Shown: positions 39,769 to 48,673, numbered from the stretch's first letter. The stretch: DNA of 56,486 nt from an uncultured delta proteobacterium (GCA_963840855.1 CAWJBB010000082.1:1-56486); one strand, 5' to 3'. Notes: a model not told the origin generated them from the letters alone. Numbers and translations are program-made.

Positions 39769-41183
39769 CTACTCACCCACGACGATTACATCATCAGTTC
39801 CCACAAAGCGAGTCATGTCCTTGAATGCGCCTGTCGCATAAATGAGCCTAGTAACTCCGGCCACCAGAGGAGCTTCCAGGCTCGCCACACAGGCGGGCTC
39901 GGAGATCTGAAACGATAAGGCGGGTCTGCCTTGAACCGTCCCGAGTTTAATTTGCCGCGGTGTCACACCGTCACAGACGCTTAGCGTTTTTGTGTCGATC
40001 TCTTTCACGGGGCATTCCGGGCTATCGAAAATCGCCGCGTTGACCTGGTTTTTGCCGGTGAGATTGAGAGTATCGCCGGACGGGGTACCTGTTTTCGACC
40101 AATCGAACTCGCATTCAATTGCACCCGCTGTGGTTGTCTTTATGGGCTCCCCTGTATTCCCTTGCCCACACGTGACAGCCCCACCATCGAGATCGCTTTG
40201 GCAAGAGCATGAACTAACCTTCCCGGGGCGGAATTGGAATTCTCCGCTGATTAACAACTTTTCTTCTGTGAATGCGAATGTCTGACCGGCTACGGTGCGA
40301 CCGGAGGAGGGGTCACTGGGACACACTCGAGTATTGAAGAACGACTCCTTTACGTCGACGATACCTACGTTTAGAAGACAGCTGGCCACTCCTCCCGGCG
40401 CTGGTACTTTTTCTGGGTCCCCCCCTGTGCAATACGTAAGCATCCTAGTTATGTCGCCGACGGGGGGGGAAGGGGCTCGGGGGGATCCGCGGAGGGATCC
40501 GCTTTTCCCGTTAAAAAGCCGCTGACCGGATCCGTCCCATCTGGACACTTTAAGGTGTCTGGATCGAGGTCAGTAAAGAGTTGCTCGTATGTAATGGTAG
40601 TCCCTTGAACCGCACGAAAGACACAACGGTGCGTTGCTTCCACCCTAAAATACGCGAAATTTCGAAGTACTTTATCAGGATCGGGTATTCCGCAGACCGC
40701 CACACCGCCAAGGTTAACAACATGGGGTCCCAGGCCAGCGTCATCGTCTTCGTCTTGAAAAGCCAGACTATCGACTGTTACCTGCACGTCCTTTAAGTCC
40801 GGCCTAAAGAACTGGCAGACCGTGAGAGGACCGCTGAGAGTAAAACTCGTGCTGTCCTGAGGTGGGTTAACAGTGGAGTAACAGGCTTTATTCTTGAGCA
40901 CCCCAAGAACCGAGACTTTCTCGAATCGGTAGGCTGTACTATTGCAAACCGCCGGGTTCGAGCTACCCTCGCAGTAATGGTTGGTGCTCGACAGCGCTAC
41001 GCTGGTGGCGCCCGTACCAGTTGGGCAGCCGCTCGTGCCAATTTTACAGCACAAATTGCCCGCGAGGGCCTGCTGGACGAAGAATAACTCCAGCGCCACA
41101 AAGGCCACGACCGCAACAGCCAATAGCGAAAATAATTTTACGAACGACCGACTGCTCGGCAATCGGTACAATAACTTTTTCAT
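39769..41183 (-). CDS. Cys-rich secreted protein (~471 aa if repaired), frameshifted at a G8 tract
   Basis: Signal peptide ending QQALA; ORFs 40449..41183 and 39769..40548 join if the run at 40462-40469 is 9 long; 20 Cys. Confidence 0.75.
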
Positions 41184-41952
41184 TTCATTCCCCTTTTTTC
41201 AGCTCGTGTAAGCGACACAGAGCCGGTTGTTTAACACATTAAGCAATCCCCAATTGGATAAAAATCTTCACGCTGATAACTAAACAATATCGAGATTAAC
41301 TCACGTCGCGATGTCACGTGCGTCTTGCATCCGTACAACTCCCCTCCGTTTCTGGCGCGCTTCATCTCCCCCACACTCCAGGAACGCCTGCAATATATCC
41401 AAAGATATATTTTCGATATATATCTCTACGTACCGACATATCTTTCAGCTGACAAAATATTTTTGCTCACAACCACCGCCTCGGCTGGCCTGACTGCCCT
41501 CCGCTTGAAGAACAGGGCTCGCCCTGCGTCTTTCTCCGAGGTTTTTAAATTGCTCCGCCCGGCACGGTAGGGCCCAGCTGAGTTTTTGTATTGAGATTGA
41601 ACGTCCTCACCCGGTCTCTCAAGATCGGTGGGAATGGGCAGGATGCAGCGGCGCTGCCACCAGGGAACGGTAGAAAAAAATTAAAAAACTCATGACCGAT
41701 CCCGTTACGCCTACGACCAAGCCCATTAATAAGTCGATCGCTTTTGAAAAATGACCAAATGGTCCAGGGCTTCCCGTAGTACTCTTCGGGGAAACCCCTG
41801 TCCAGACCTGTGGAGTGAGACCTGATAAGCATCCGATGGCTCTTCGACGTTAGTTATCTCAGGAGCCTGCCAAACGATAAACTAAAGATTATCGCGAAGA
41901 CTATAACTCCAAGGGATGAAAAAGGAGTTAACTCTTTTGGGTGACAAAACGG

Positions 41953-42630
41953 TTAGATCATTCGAGAGCCGTTGTTTGAGTTGACTTTCAAAAGGCTGGC
42001 CCGATGATCTGCATGGACCAGCAACTGTAACCGATTCCGCAACGCGAGTTTCTCTAGCACGTTATGTACGTGGCTTTTGACTGTGTAGGTAGCAATGTGA
42101 AGGCGCTGAGAAATCTCCTTGTTGCTCATGCCTTCACGAATCAGGCTAATAATCTCACGTTCCCGCGTGGTCGTCCGCCCGTCCATCGGCGGTAAACTGT
42201 CTTGGATGACTCGGTCTTCGATAATTTGGGAAAAAAGCGATCCGGCCAACGCACGAGGAAGAACCTTGGCCCCTCGGGTCACCAATCTTACAGTTTTTAG
42301 CAGGTGACTAAAAGTTGCTTCCTTGAGAACAAAGCCGGACACTCCTCGTTTGACGAGTTCGAGGATATCGGCTTGCAAAGCGATGATGCCCGTAACGATT
42401 ACCCTTGCTTCCGGAATCAGCTTGAGCGATTCCAGCATGGGAATCATGTTAGGGTGACCAGATTCTATAACCACTATCACGGATTTAAATTTTTGCGCTT
42501 TCGACAAAACTTGTTCCCAGTTTCCCGACGCTAGTAGTACCTCGACATTTTTCTGTTTTTTCATCATCAACACGATGCGTTCGCGTAAAATTCGGTTATT
42601 TTCGACGATTGTCAAGCGGATTTTTCTCAT
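41953..42630 (-). CDS. NarL/LuxR-family response regulator with atypical receiver domain
   Basis: TTREREII..GMSNKEI..TVKSHVHNVLEKL HTH; receiver with GVSGFVLK. Confidence 0.9.
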   Translation of the reverse strand: MRKIRLTIVENNRILRERIVLMMKKQKNVEVLLASGNWEQVLSKAQKFKSVIVVIESGHPNMIPMLESLKLIPEARVIVTGIIALQADILELVKRGVSGFVLKEATFSHLLKTVRLVTRGAKVLPRALAGSLFSQIIEDRVIQDSLPPMDGRTTTREREIISLIREGMSNKEISQRLHIATYTVKSHVHNVLEKLALRNRLQLLVHADHRASLLKVNSNNGSRMI

Positions 42631-43149
42631 CAAGCTTGCCCCTTTTCTGATCCGAGATGTTTTAGCATTGTTGCGCCCGTTCAAGGGGTGCCTAGGTGAT
42701 TCTTTTTGCATAACTCAGGGCTGCCGGTGACATGTGTTGGTTACCGCCGTTGCTGCCAGCTTCCACCCCTGCAAAAATATCGCCGTTGGGAGAGACCCAG
42801 TCCGGGCAATGTTGCGGGTCAACGTGTGACCGAATCTAGCGGCCCACCAAGTTAGCTGGGCTGTAAAATAGGCTAAGATGATGATCAAGGTCAAGGCCCA
42901 ATCGTAATTATAAGCCCGGGTCCTGATAATAGGCTCCCTTTGTGTTTTTGCATTGCTCTGAAGCAACCTTGGTGCCAAGCCGGGCGCTGCCCGACTAATG
43001 CGATGCAAGAATCCGAATTAGCAGATATCTGCGCAGTGCCGTAGTCCGCCTCTAAACAGGAGCTAGATGAAGTGAAACTATTGTTTACGGAAGGCGTAAA
43101 CTTAATTGTCGACCTAAACTCAACTAAAAGAGGGGTCTACCATCGAATT

Positions 43150-43355
43150 TAGCAGGTAGCAGGACCGAAGAGAATCCAGTATAACAGGTCCTGACGAGGG
43201 TGTGGCTCTTGGGGTCAGTGGCCTGTTCATTCAGGCTCGCATGGCCTGAAATGCTGCCCTCGTCACCTGCATCATCCGAGGGGTCGACCGGGATGGTGCC
43301 ATATTCTCACCAGAATACGTGGCTCTGTAAGTAGACGAGACCGAAGGATGATGAA
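43150..43355 (+). ncRNA. IS110 bridge RNA (5' hairpin, target-binding loop, donor-binding loop)
   Basis: Stems AGGACC/GGTCCT, TGACGAGGG/CCCTCGTCA, GCCTG/CAGGC and CATCATCC/GGATGATG; loop segments match the target and donor sequences; exact ends are inferred. Confidence 0.85.
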
Positions 43356-43384
43356 TCGATCTTGTTTACGGAAGGAGGAGCTAC

Positions 43385-43510
43385 GTGTCAGAGATAAAAT
43401 CTTTAGAGCTTCGAGTCAGTGTGGATGTGGGATCACGACGCCACAGCGTGGCAGTAGGGCTGCCCGATGGGCGGGTGTTGGAGGAGTTTGAGATAACTCA
43501 CGGGCCTGAA
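43385..43510 (+). pseudogene. IS110 recombinase, 5' fragment (42 codons)
   Basis: GGAGGAG RBS, GTG start, SVDVGSRRH containing the first Asp of DEDD; cut by IS21 after ..THGPE. Confidence 0.9.
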
Positions 43511-43663
43511 TGGCCGATTTCACGGAACGTACCCACCCAATTTCAACGAAGGGACCCACCTGATTTCACGGAAGGGACCCACCCCATTTCAGGTGGTACC
43601 CTTCGTTTTCTGAGCTAAGCGACGAACGATGCTACCTTGGCCAACTGGAGGAGGATCCAGTTG

Positions 43664-45181
43664 ATGGCCAAAGAGAGGACCAGCGTTCGTATGCAAGCGC
43701 AAATCAAAATTCTGTCCGAACAAGGGCATTCCATTCGCAGCATCGCCCGGATACTGAGGCTTTCGCGCCGAACCGTGCGCAAGTTCTTGGAACCAGCCCC
43801 ACAACCGACCTCTGAGATCGGCGGCTGGATGGAGACGCTTGACTGGGAGTATGTCCGCCAGGAAGTCTATGGCAAAGGGACCACGGTCAAGCAGATCCAG
43901 AGGGAAGTGGCCCCCGATATCGCGTACGTAAAGTTTTGGCGGGCGTTTCGGGAGAAGGTCAGTGCGCAGGCCTCACCCGATCAAGTGACGATCCGGCTCG
44001 ATCATAAGCCCGCGGAAAAAACCCAGATCGATTTCTGTGACGGTCTGTTTCTCACCGACCCGGTCACCGGCCATAAAACTCTCACACAGTTTTTCTTAGG
44101 CGTGTTGCCGTTCAGCTCGTATTTCTTCGGCGAGTTCGTTCTAGATCAAAAGCTTGCCACGTTTATCGGGGTCCAGAGCCGCATGTTCGCCTACTTTGGT
44201 GGGATCACCCCCTACGTGGTCGTGGACAATCTCAAAAGCGGTGTCCACAAGGCCGATCTGTACGACCCCGATGTCAATGCCACCTACTGTGACTTTGCCA
44301 ATCACATGGGCTTTGCTGTTCTGCCGGCCAGGCCCCGAAAGCCCCGCGACAAGGGCTCGGGAGAAAGCCACATCGGAGTGGTCCAAAGGAGTTTTTTCCA
44401 GGAGGTCCGTAACCGCGTCTTTTATTCGCTCCCCGAGCTCAATCAAACGCTGCGGGACTATCTACAGCGGCTCAACTACGAAGTGATGAAAGACTATGGG
44501 GTGAGCCGCTCCCAGCGCTTCGCTGAAGAGAAAAAGCAGTTAAAAGCCCTGCCGGCTTCGCCCTTCGAGCTCAGCGAGTGGCGGCAAGCTAAAGTCCATC
44601 CCGACTGCCATGTCCAGGTGGAAAAAAACTTCTACTCGGTCCCCTTTGTTTACGTCGGCCAAATAGTCCGGGTCAGACTCACGGAGAAAATCGTCGAACT
44701 CTTCAGCGAGGACAGCCAATGCCTTACCGCGCACCCAAGACTTAGGGGCATCGGACAGTTCTCCACCTATGATTTCCATTATCCAGAAAAAAAGCTTAGC
44801 GTAGCGCGCTTCGAAATCCGTCACGCCCAACAGCAAGCCAAACAGGTCGGCCCCCATGTCGAGAAGTTGGTCGACCAGCTGCTCTCGGGCCACCATCCGC
44901 TGCGCCATCTACGGCGGGTCCAAGGGATCTTGCGGCTTTCAAAACGCTATCCCGTCACCCCTCAAGCTCTGGACCACGCCTGCCAGCGCGCCCTGAGCTT
45001 CAACAAAACACGGCTCGCCTACATCAAAGACTGCGCCCTTTACTTTGTCGCCCACGGTCAAAGACCGACGCTGCTTACCCCAAAGAGAAAGCCCGATACC
45101 GTTCATCTGCACCAATACGGCGCCGATTCGGACTCGGATCCAGAACCGTCCTTGCCTTCGGTGGAGGAGGAAATCCTATGA
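43664..45181 (+). CDS. istA: IS21 transposase
   Basis: N-terminal HTH; QIDF, VVDNLKSGV, PRDKGSGE and YSVP motifs. Confidence 0.95.
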   Translation: MAKERTSVRMQAQIKILSEQGHSIRSIARILRLSRRTVRKFLEPAPQPTSEIGGWMETLDWEYVRQEVYGKGTTVKQIQREVAPDIAYVKFWRAFREKVSAQASPDQVTIRLDHKPAEKTQIDFCDGLFLTDPVTGHKTLTQFFLGVLPFSSYFFGEFVLDQKLATFIGVQSRMFAYFGGITPYVVVDNLKSGVHKADLYDPDVNATYCDFANHMGFAVLPARPRKPRDKGSGESHIGVVQRSFFQEVRNRVFYSLPELNQTLRDYLQRLNYEVMKDYGVSRSQRFAEEKKQLKALPASPFELSEWRQAKVHPDCHVQVEKNFYSVPFVYVGQIVRVRLTEKIVELFSEDSQCLTAHPRLRGIGQFSTYDFHYPEKKLSVARFEIRHAQQQAKQVGPHVEKLVDQLLSGHHPLRHLRRVQGILRLSKRYPVTPQALDHACQRALSFNKTRLAYIKDCALYFVAHGQRPTLLTPKRKPDTVHLHQYGADSDSDPEPSLPSVEEEIL

Positions 45182-45351
45182 GCACGAGCTTAAAATCCAG
45201 CCGCAAAGCCATTTTTAATCATCCAGACAAGCAAGCGGGAAAAAACGGCCTCCGTATAAGCCCTATAAACGACGATCTCGGCTCGGTTGATACCTGGGGT
45301 TCCCCCAAAAACAGCCCTTTCACCAAGAGGTCGCACCACCATGATGCTTGA
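45178..45351 (+). CDS. 57-aa ORF between istA and istB
   Basis: GGAGGAGG RBS, ATGA overlap with the istA stop, and its own stop overlaps the istB start. Confidence 0.35.
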   Translation: MSTSLKSSRKAIFNHPDKQAGKNGLRISPINDDLGSVDTWGSPKNSPFTKRSHHHDA

Positions 45352-46111
45352 TCAAGTCAGAGCCCTCTCGCACCAGATGCGCCTGTTCGGCATCCATGAA
45401 GCCTGCGAACGACAAGCCCAGATCGCTTTGTCCCAGCAGTTCCATCCCCTGGAGTTCCTCCGACTCCTGCTCGAAGATGAACTGTTGTCGCGCAAAGACC
45501 GTACCGCTAAGGCGCTCATGACCAAGGCCCGCTTTCGGTTCCGCGCCGATCTGGAAGACTTAGATTTAGCGTTCCACAAGGATCTGACCAAGGCTAAGAT
45601 CAAAGAGCTCTGTGAATTAAACTTCCTTCATAACCAGGAGAATCTTTTGATCCTTGGAAAAACCGGCCTGGGTAAAACTCATCTCGCCATTGCCTTGGGT
45701 AAACGGCTGTGCCAGGAAGGCCATCCCACTCAGTTCTTGCCAGTCAACTTCCTGTTCGAGGAAATCCAGGCCGCCAGGGCCGCCGGCCGTTACCTCAACT
45801 ACATCCGTAGTCTCATCAAGGCCAAGGTTTTAATCCTCGATGACTTAGGGCTAAGAAACTACACCCACGAGGAGGCCACTTCCCTGATGGACATCCTCGA
45901 AGAGCGTTACCGCAAGGCTCCCCTCATTGTCACCTCCCAGGTCGAGCCCCAGGGGTGGATAAAACTGTTTGAAGATCCGGTGATCGCCGAAGCCATTGTG
46001 GATCGGCTGATTCATCCATCTCAGAAAATCACTCTGAAAGGAGAGAAATCCTATAGAGAAAAACTTGCAGAGAAAAAATCGGGATTGAAAAACCAGGGAG
46101 GCTCAGTGTAA
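45341..46111 (+). CDS. istB: IS21 helper ATPase
   Basis: GKTGLGKT Walker A, LILDDLG Walker B, AIVDRLIH. Confidence 0.95.
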   Translation: MMLDQVRALSHQMRLFGIHEACERQAQIALSQQFHPLEFLRLLLEDELLSRKDRTAKALMTKARFRFRADLEDLDLAFHKDLTKAKIKELCELNFLHNQENLLILGKTGLGKTHLAIALGKRLCQEGHPTQFLPVNFLFEEIQAARAAGRYLNYIRSLIKAKVLILDDLGLRNYTHEEATSLMDILEERYRKAPLIVTSQVEPQGWIKLFEDPVIAEAIVDRLIHPSQKITLKGEKSYREKLAEKKSGLKNQGGSV

Positions 46112-46205
46112 AAGTCAAAATCGCTTCGTCGCTTCGCTCCGCTGATTTCAGTGGTCCCCTTCGTTGAAATCGGGTGGGTCCCTAAAGTGAAATCGAGCAC
46201 CTGAA

Positions 46206-47363
46206 GGGTTTGGAGAGTTTTTCTCCCGCATCGAGAAACATCAAAAGGAGAACGGCTGTGGGGTGGCGGTAGCGATGGAAGGCTACAACGGCTGGGCACG
46301 GCCACTCGATAGCCTGGTGCGCCAGCGCGGTTATCGGCTTTACAACATCAACAATCTGAAGCTAGCGCGATTCAAGGAGATCTTTCCTGGGGCGGCCAAG
46401 AAGGATCGGATAGATGCGCGCAAGGGATTGGAGCTGTTTCAGCTCCGCGATCACCTACTTTTGGTCAAGGAAGTCCTGCAGGAGGTTACGGGAACGCCCA
46501 AGGAAAATGAAATTCTTAAGCGGCTCACCCGGCGCCGGCGCAGACTGGTTAACGAGCGGGTGCGGGTGGTCAATAATCTTCAAGCCGATCTGCAGGCGGT
46601 CTGTCCTGGACTGCTGGAGATTACTACTGAGGCAAGCAATCGGTGGTTTTTAAATTTTCTTCTCAGCGTTGATACCCTGCCCCAGCTGGCTCGGCTTCGA
46701 AAACCGAGTTTACTGAAGATTGCTGCCGTAGGCAGAAAATACGCAAGCGTCATCCAGGCCTGGCAGAAGCGGGCGCATTTTAGCGAGGAGGTGGAGTGGG
46801 TAGGCGCAATGATCCACGAAGACGCAGAGCGCTGTCTTGAGCTCGAAGGGAAGATCAAAGCGCTGGAGAGCAAGATTAAAGAAGTGGCCAAGGACTCCAG
46901 GATCGCCAAGATTTTATTATCGATTCCCGGCTTTGGACCGGTGTGCACTTCGGAGTTAGCGGGAGAGATCGGCACAGTGGAGCGCTTCAGCAAGGAAGGA
47001 AGTTTAGCTCTATACCTAGGGATGGCCACGTTGGACAACAGTTCGGGTAACTATCAGGGGTCCAAACAACCCAAGCACGTCAACACGCGAGCTAAGGCCG
47101 CGATGATGACAGCCTTGGATCGGCATCGAAAGTATGTGGCGGAGTCTCAAAGATATTATGCAAAGAAACGCAGCGAGGGAAAGAAGCACAACCAGGCAAT
47201 CCGTGCCCTGGGGCGCCACCTCTGCCGTGTCATCTACAAAATGCTCAAGGACCAACGCGAGTACCAGCTTCGCTCTGAAAAAGGGAATACCAAGGCCAAG
47301 GTCAGGTCGAGATCGTCGCTTAAAACGGCTCTACGGAGGTCGAAAATCTCAGCGAGCAGCTAA
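46206..47363 (+). pseudogene. IS110 recombinase, 3' fragment
   Basis: In frame with the 5' fragment once IS21 is removed: GFGEFF..AMEGY, KKDRIDA, SIPGFG, YLG..NSSG; 427 aa restored. Confidence 0.95.
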
Positions 47364-47430
47364 AAACAGAAAAATATCTATCAGAGCCCGTGAAGACCGG
47401 CTGTCCTGCTTGAAATTTCCAGCGGGATGA

Positions 47431-48408
47431 TCAGGCATGCCTAATTGATCTTTTCGCTGTCTTTCCTCTTCTCAGATTCTCGCAAAGCTTCTCGACGACC
47501 TCGCCTAGCTCATGGTTCTTGGACAATTCATCTGCCAGCTTGCCGATTCCTCGGCTTAACGCCCCCGCGTCTTGTCGTAACTCTTTTGCCATCTCTTGAT
47601 TGGTGAAGCCCCCCACCTCCCTCGCTATCCAAGCCATCACCCGCTTCGCCTTGGCGTTTTTTCTCCCACGCCCGCGGTGCAACGCGACCGACGGCGGGAG
47701 ATCGAAATATTTGCAAACGGTGTCTTTAACCTCCGCCCATGTTAGTTCTACAACGCTCGGAGGGTCTCGGTCGGCGACTCGCTCTTCAACGTTTTCGACA
47801 AACTGCTCATCCCCCAGGTACCTTTGCTCCACGACATCATACAGATCGTCTCGGTGCCCCACTTGGAGCCCGTCACGGACAAAGCGTCGATAAGCCGTAA
47901 TGGCTTGCGCCGGACTTTTTGCGAACAGCGGGAGAACCTCGTCTACCACAATCCATTCCTTCCCGACTCCTTCCAAGTAAGCTTTATGGCTGCTCCATTG
48001 GTACTGATCGGGGTCTTTGACGACCTTGCTCCGTACCGGATTTAAATGCAGATAGCGGATCAGCTCTAATAGATAGCTATCCTTATCGCACAGAATCGCT
48101 TTGTAGCGCCCCTGAAATAAATGACCGATCTTTCTATTCCTCGCATTCCAGTAGCGGGTATAACGAAAGAGAATATTCTGCATGACCTTCGCGAGCGGCG
48201 TCCGACCGATCTGAATGAGATGATGAACGTGGTTGCCCATTAACACGTAAGCATACAGACTGTACTTGAATCTTCGTTGGCTTTCCCGAAGCAGATCTAG
48301 GTAGCGCAGACGATCATCATCGTCCTTGAAGATCGCCTGTCCATGATTGCCGCGGGCCATGACATGATAGAGAGCGCCGGGGAAATGGACTCGTGGTTTT
48401 CTCGCCAT
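47431..48408 (-). CDS. Y1 HUH transposase (REP-associated tyrosine transposase type) with C-terminal HTH
   Basis: YHVMARGN, LMGNHVH, GHLFQGRYKA, RYLHLNP and WSSH motifs. Confidence 0.95.
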   Translation of the reverse strand: MARKPRVHFPGALYHVMARGNHGQAIFKDDDDRLRYLDLLRESQRRFKYSLYAYVLMGNHVHHLIQIGRTPLAKVMQNILFRYTRYWNARNRKIGHLFQGRYKAILCDKDSYLLELIRYLHLNPVRSKVVKDPDQYQWSSHKAYLEGVGKEWIVVDEVLPLFAKSPAQAITAYRRFVRDGLQVGHRDDLYDVVEQRYLGDEQFVENVEERVADRDPPSVVELTWAEVKDTVCKYFDLPPSVALHRGRGRKNAKAKRVMAWIAREVGGFTNQEMAKELRQDAGALSRGIGKLADELSKNHELGEVVEKLCENLRRGKTAKRSIRHA

Positions 48409-48417
48409 GGTGGCGGG

Positions 48418-48446
48418 AGGCTATCTGAATAATAGTATAAGGTCAA
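48418..48446 (-). promoter_or_regulatory. Probable promoter of the Y1 transposase overlapping the right TIR
   Basis: TTGACC-17 nt-TAGCCT-9 nt-ATG. Confidence 0.55.
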
Positions 48447-48487
48447 TTAGGCATGCCTGACCCCCATTCCGTTACTGAAAAGACCTT

Positions 48488-48673
48488 CTATAGAACGGCA
48501 ACCGTCATGGCGAGATTAAACCCAATCATCCATTTCACAACGGCTAAATCGCGCTCAATCCGCGCGAAGCGATTTTCATAGGTTGCGACGGCTTCAGCGG
48601 CTTTGCGGGCTTTCTCTTCGCTAGCGCCCGCTTCCTTCAGCGCGTCGTATACCTCGGAAATCATCGTACTCAT
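48488..48673 (-). CDS. Small coiled-coil/TM protein (DUF1640-like)
   Basis: MISEVYDALKEAGASEEKARKAAEAVA..DLAVVKWMIG; the terminal TAG may be a TGG nonsense change. Confidence 0.7.
   Translation of the reverse strand: MSTMISEVYDALKEAGASEEKARKAAEAVATYENRFARIERDLAVVKWMIGFNLAMTVAVL

Larger units (their letters stand above)
43511..46199 (+). mobile_element. IS21-family insertion sequence with 6-bp TSD CCTGAA
   Basis: TG...CA ends; IRL tggccgatttcac..acccacccaatttcaacgaaggg vs IRR (reverse complement) tgctcgatttcac..acccacccgatttcaacgaaggg; internal repeats; CCTGAA at 43505-43510 and 46200-46205. Confidence 0.95.
43138..47430 (+). mobile_element. IS110-family element (interrupted by IS21), inserted at core TC in GGGG-TC-AGGC
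   Basis: Left junction GGGGTC|TACCAT, right junction GGGATGA|TCAGGC; removing the element restores the RAYT terminal repeat. Confidence 0.9.
47431..48464. mobile_element. RAYT element with 22-bp terminal inverted repeats (left repeat split by IS110)
   Basis: GGGG (43132-43135) + TCAGGCATGCCTAATTGA (47431-47448) is the exact reverse complement of TCAATTAGGCATGCCTGACCCC (48443-48464). Confidence 0.85.

Noticed and set aside
43511-43600. Mini-CRISPR or iteron array (atttca..gaagggacccac repeats)
   Set aside because: These are the multiple transposase-binding repeats typical of IS21 ends and are mirrored at 46145-46199
1911-48490. Amber recoding (pyrrolysine or an alternative code) suggested by TAG codons at 1911 and 48488
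   Set aside because: The two sites appear to replace different residues, many genes here end normally in TAG, and no pyl genes are visible; nonsense mutations are the simpler explanation
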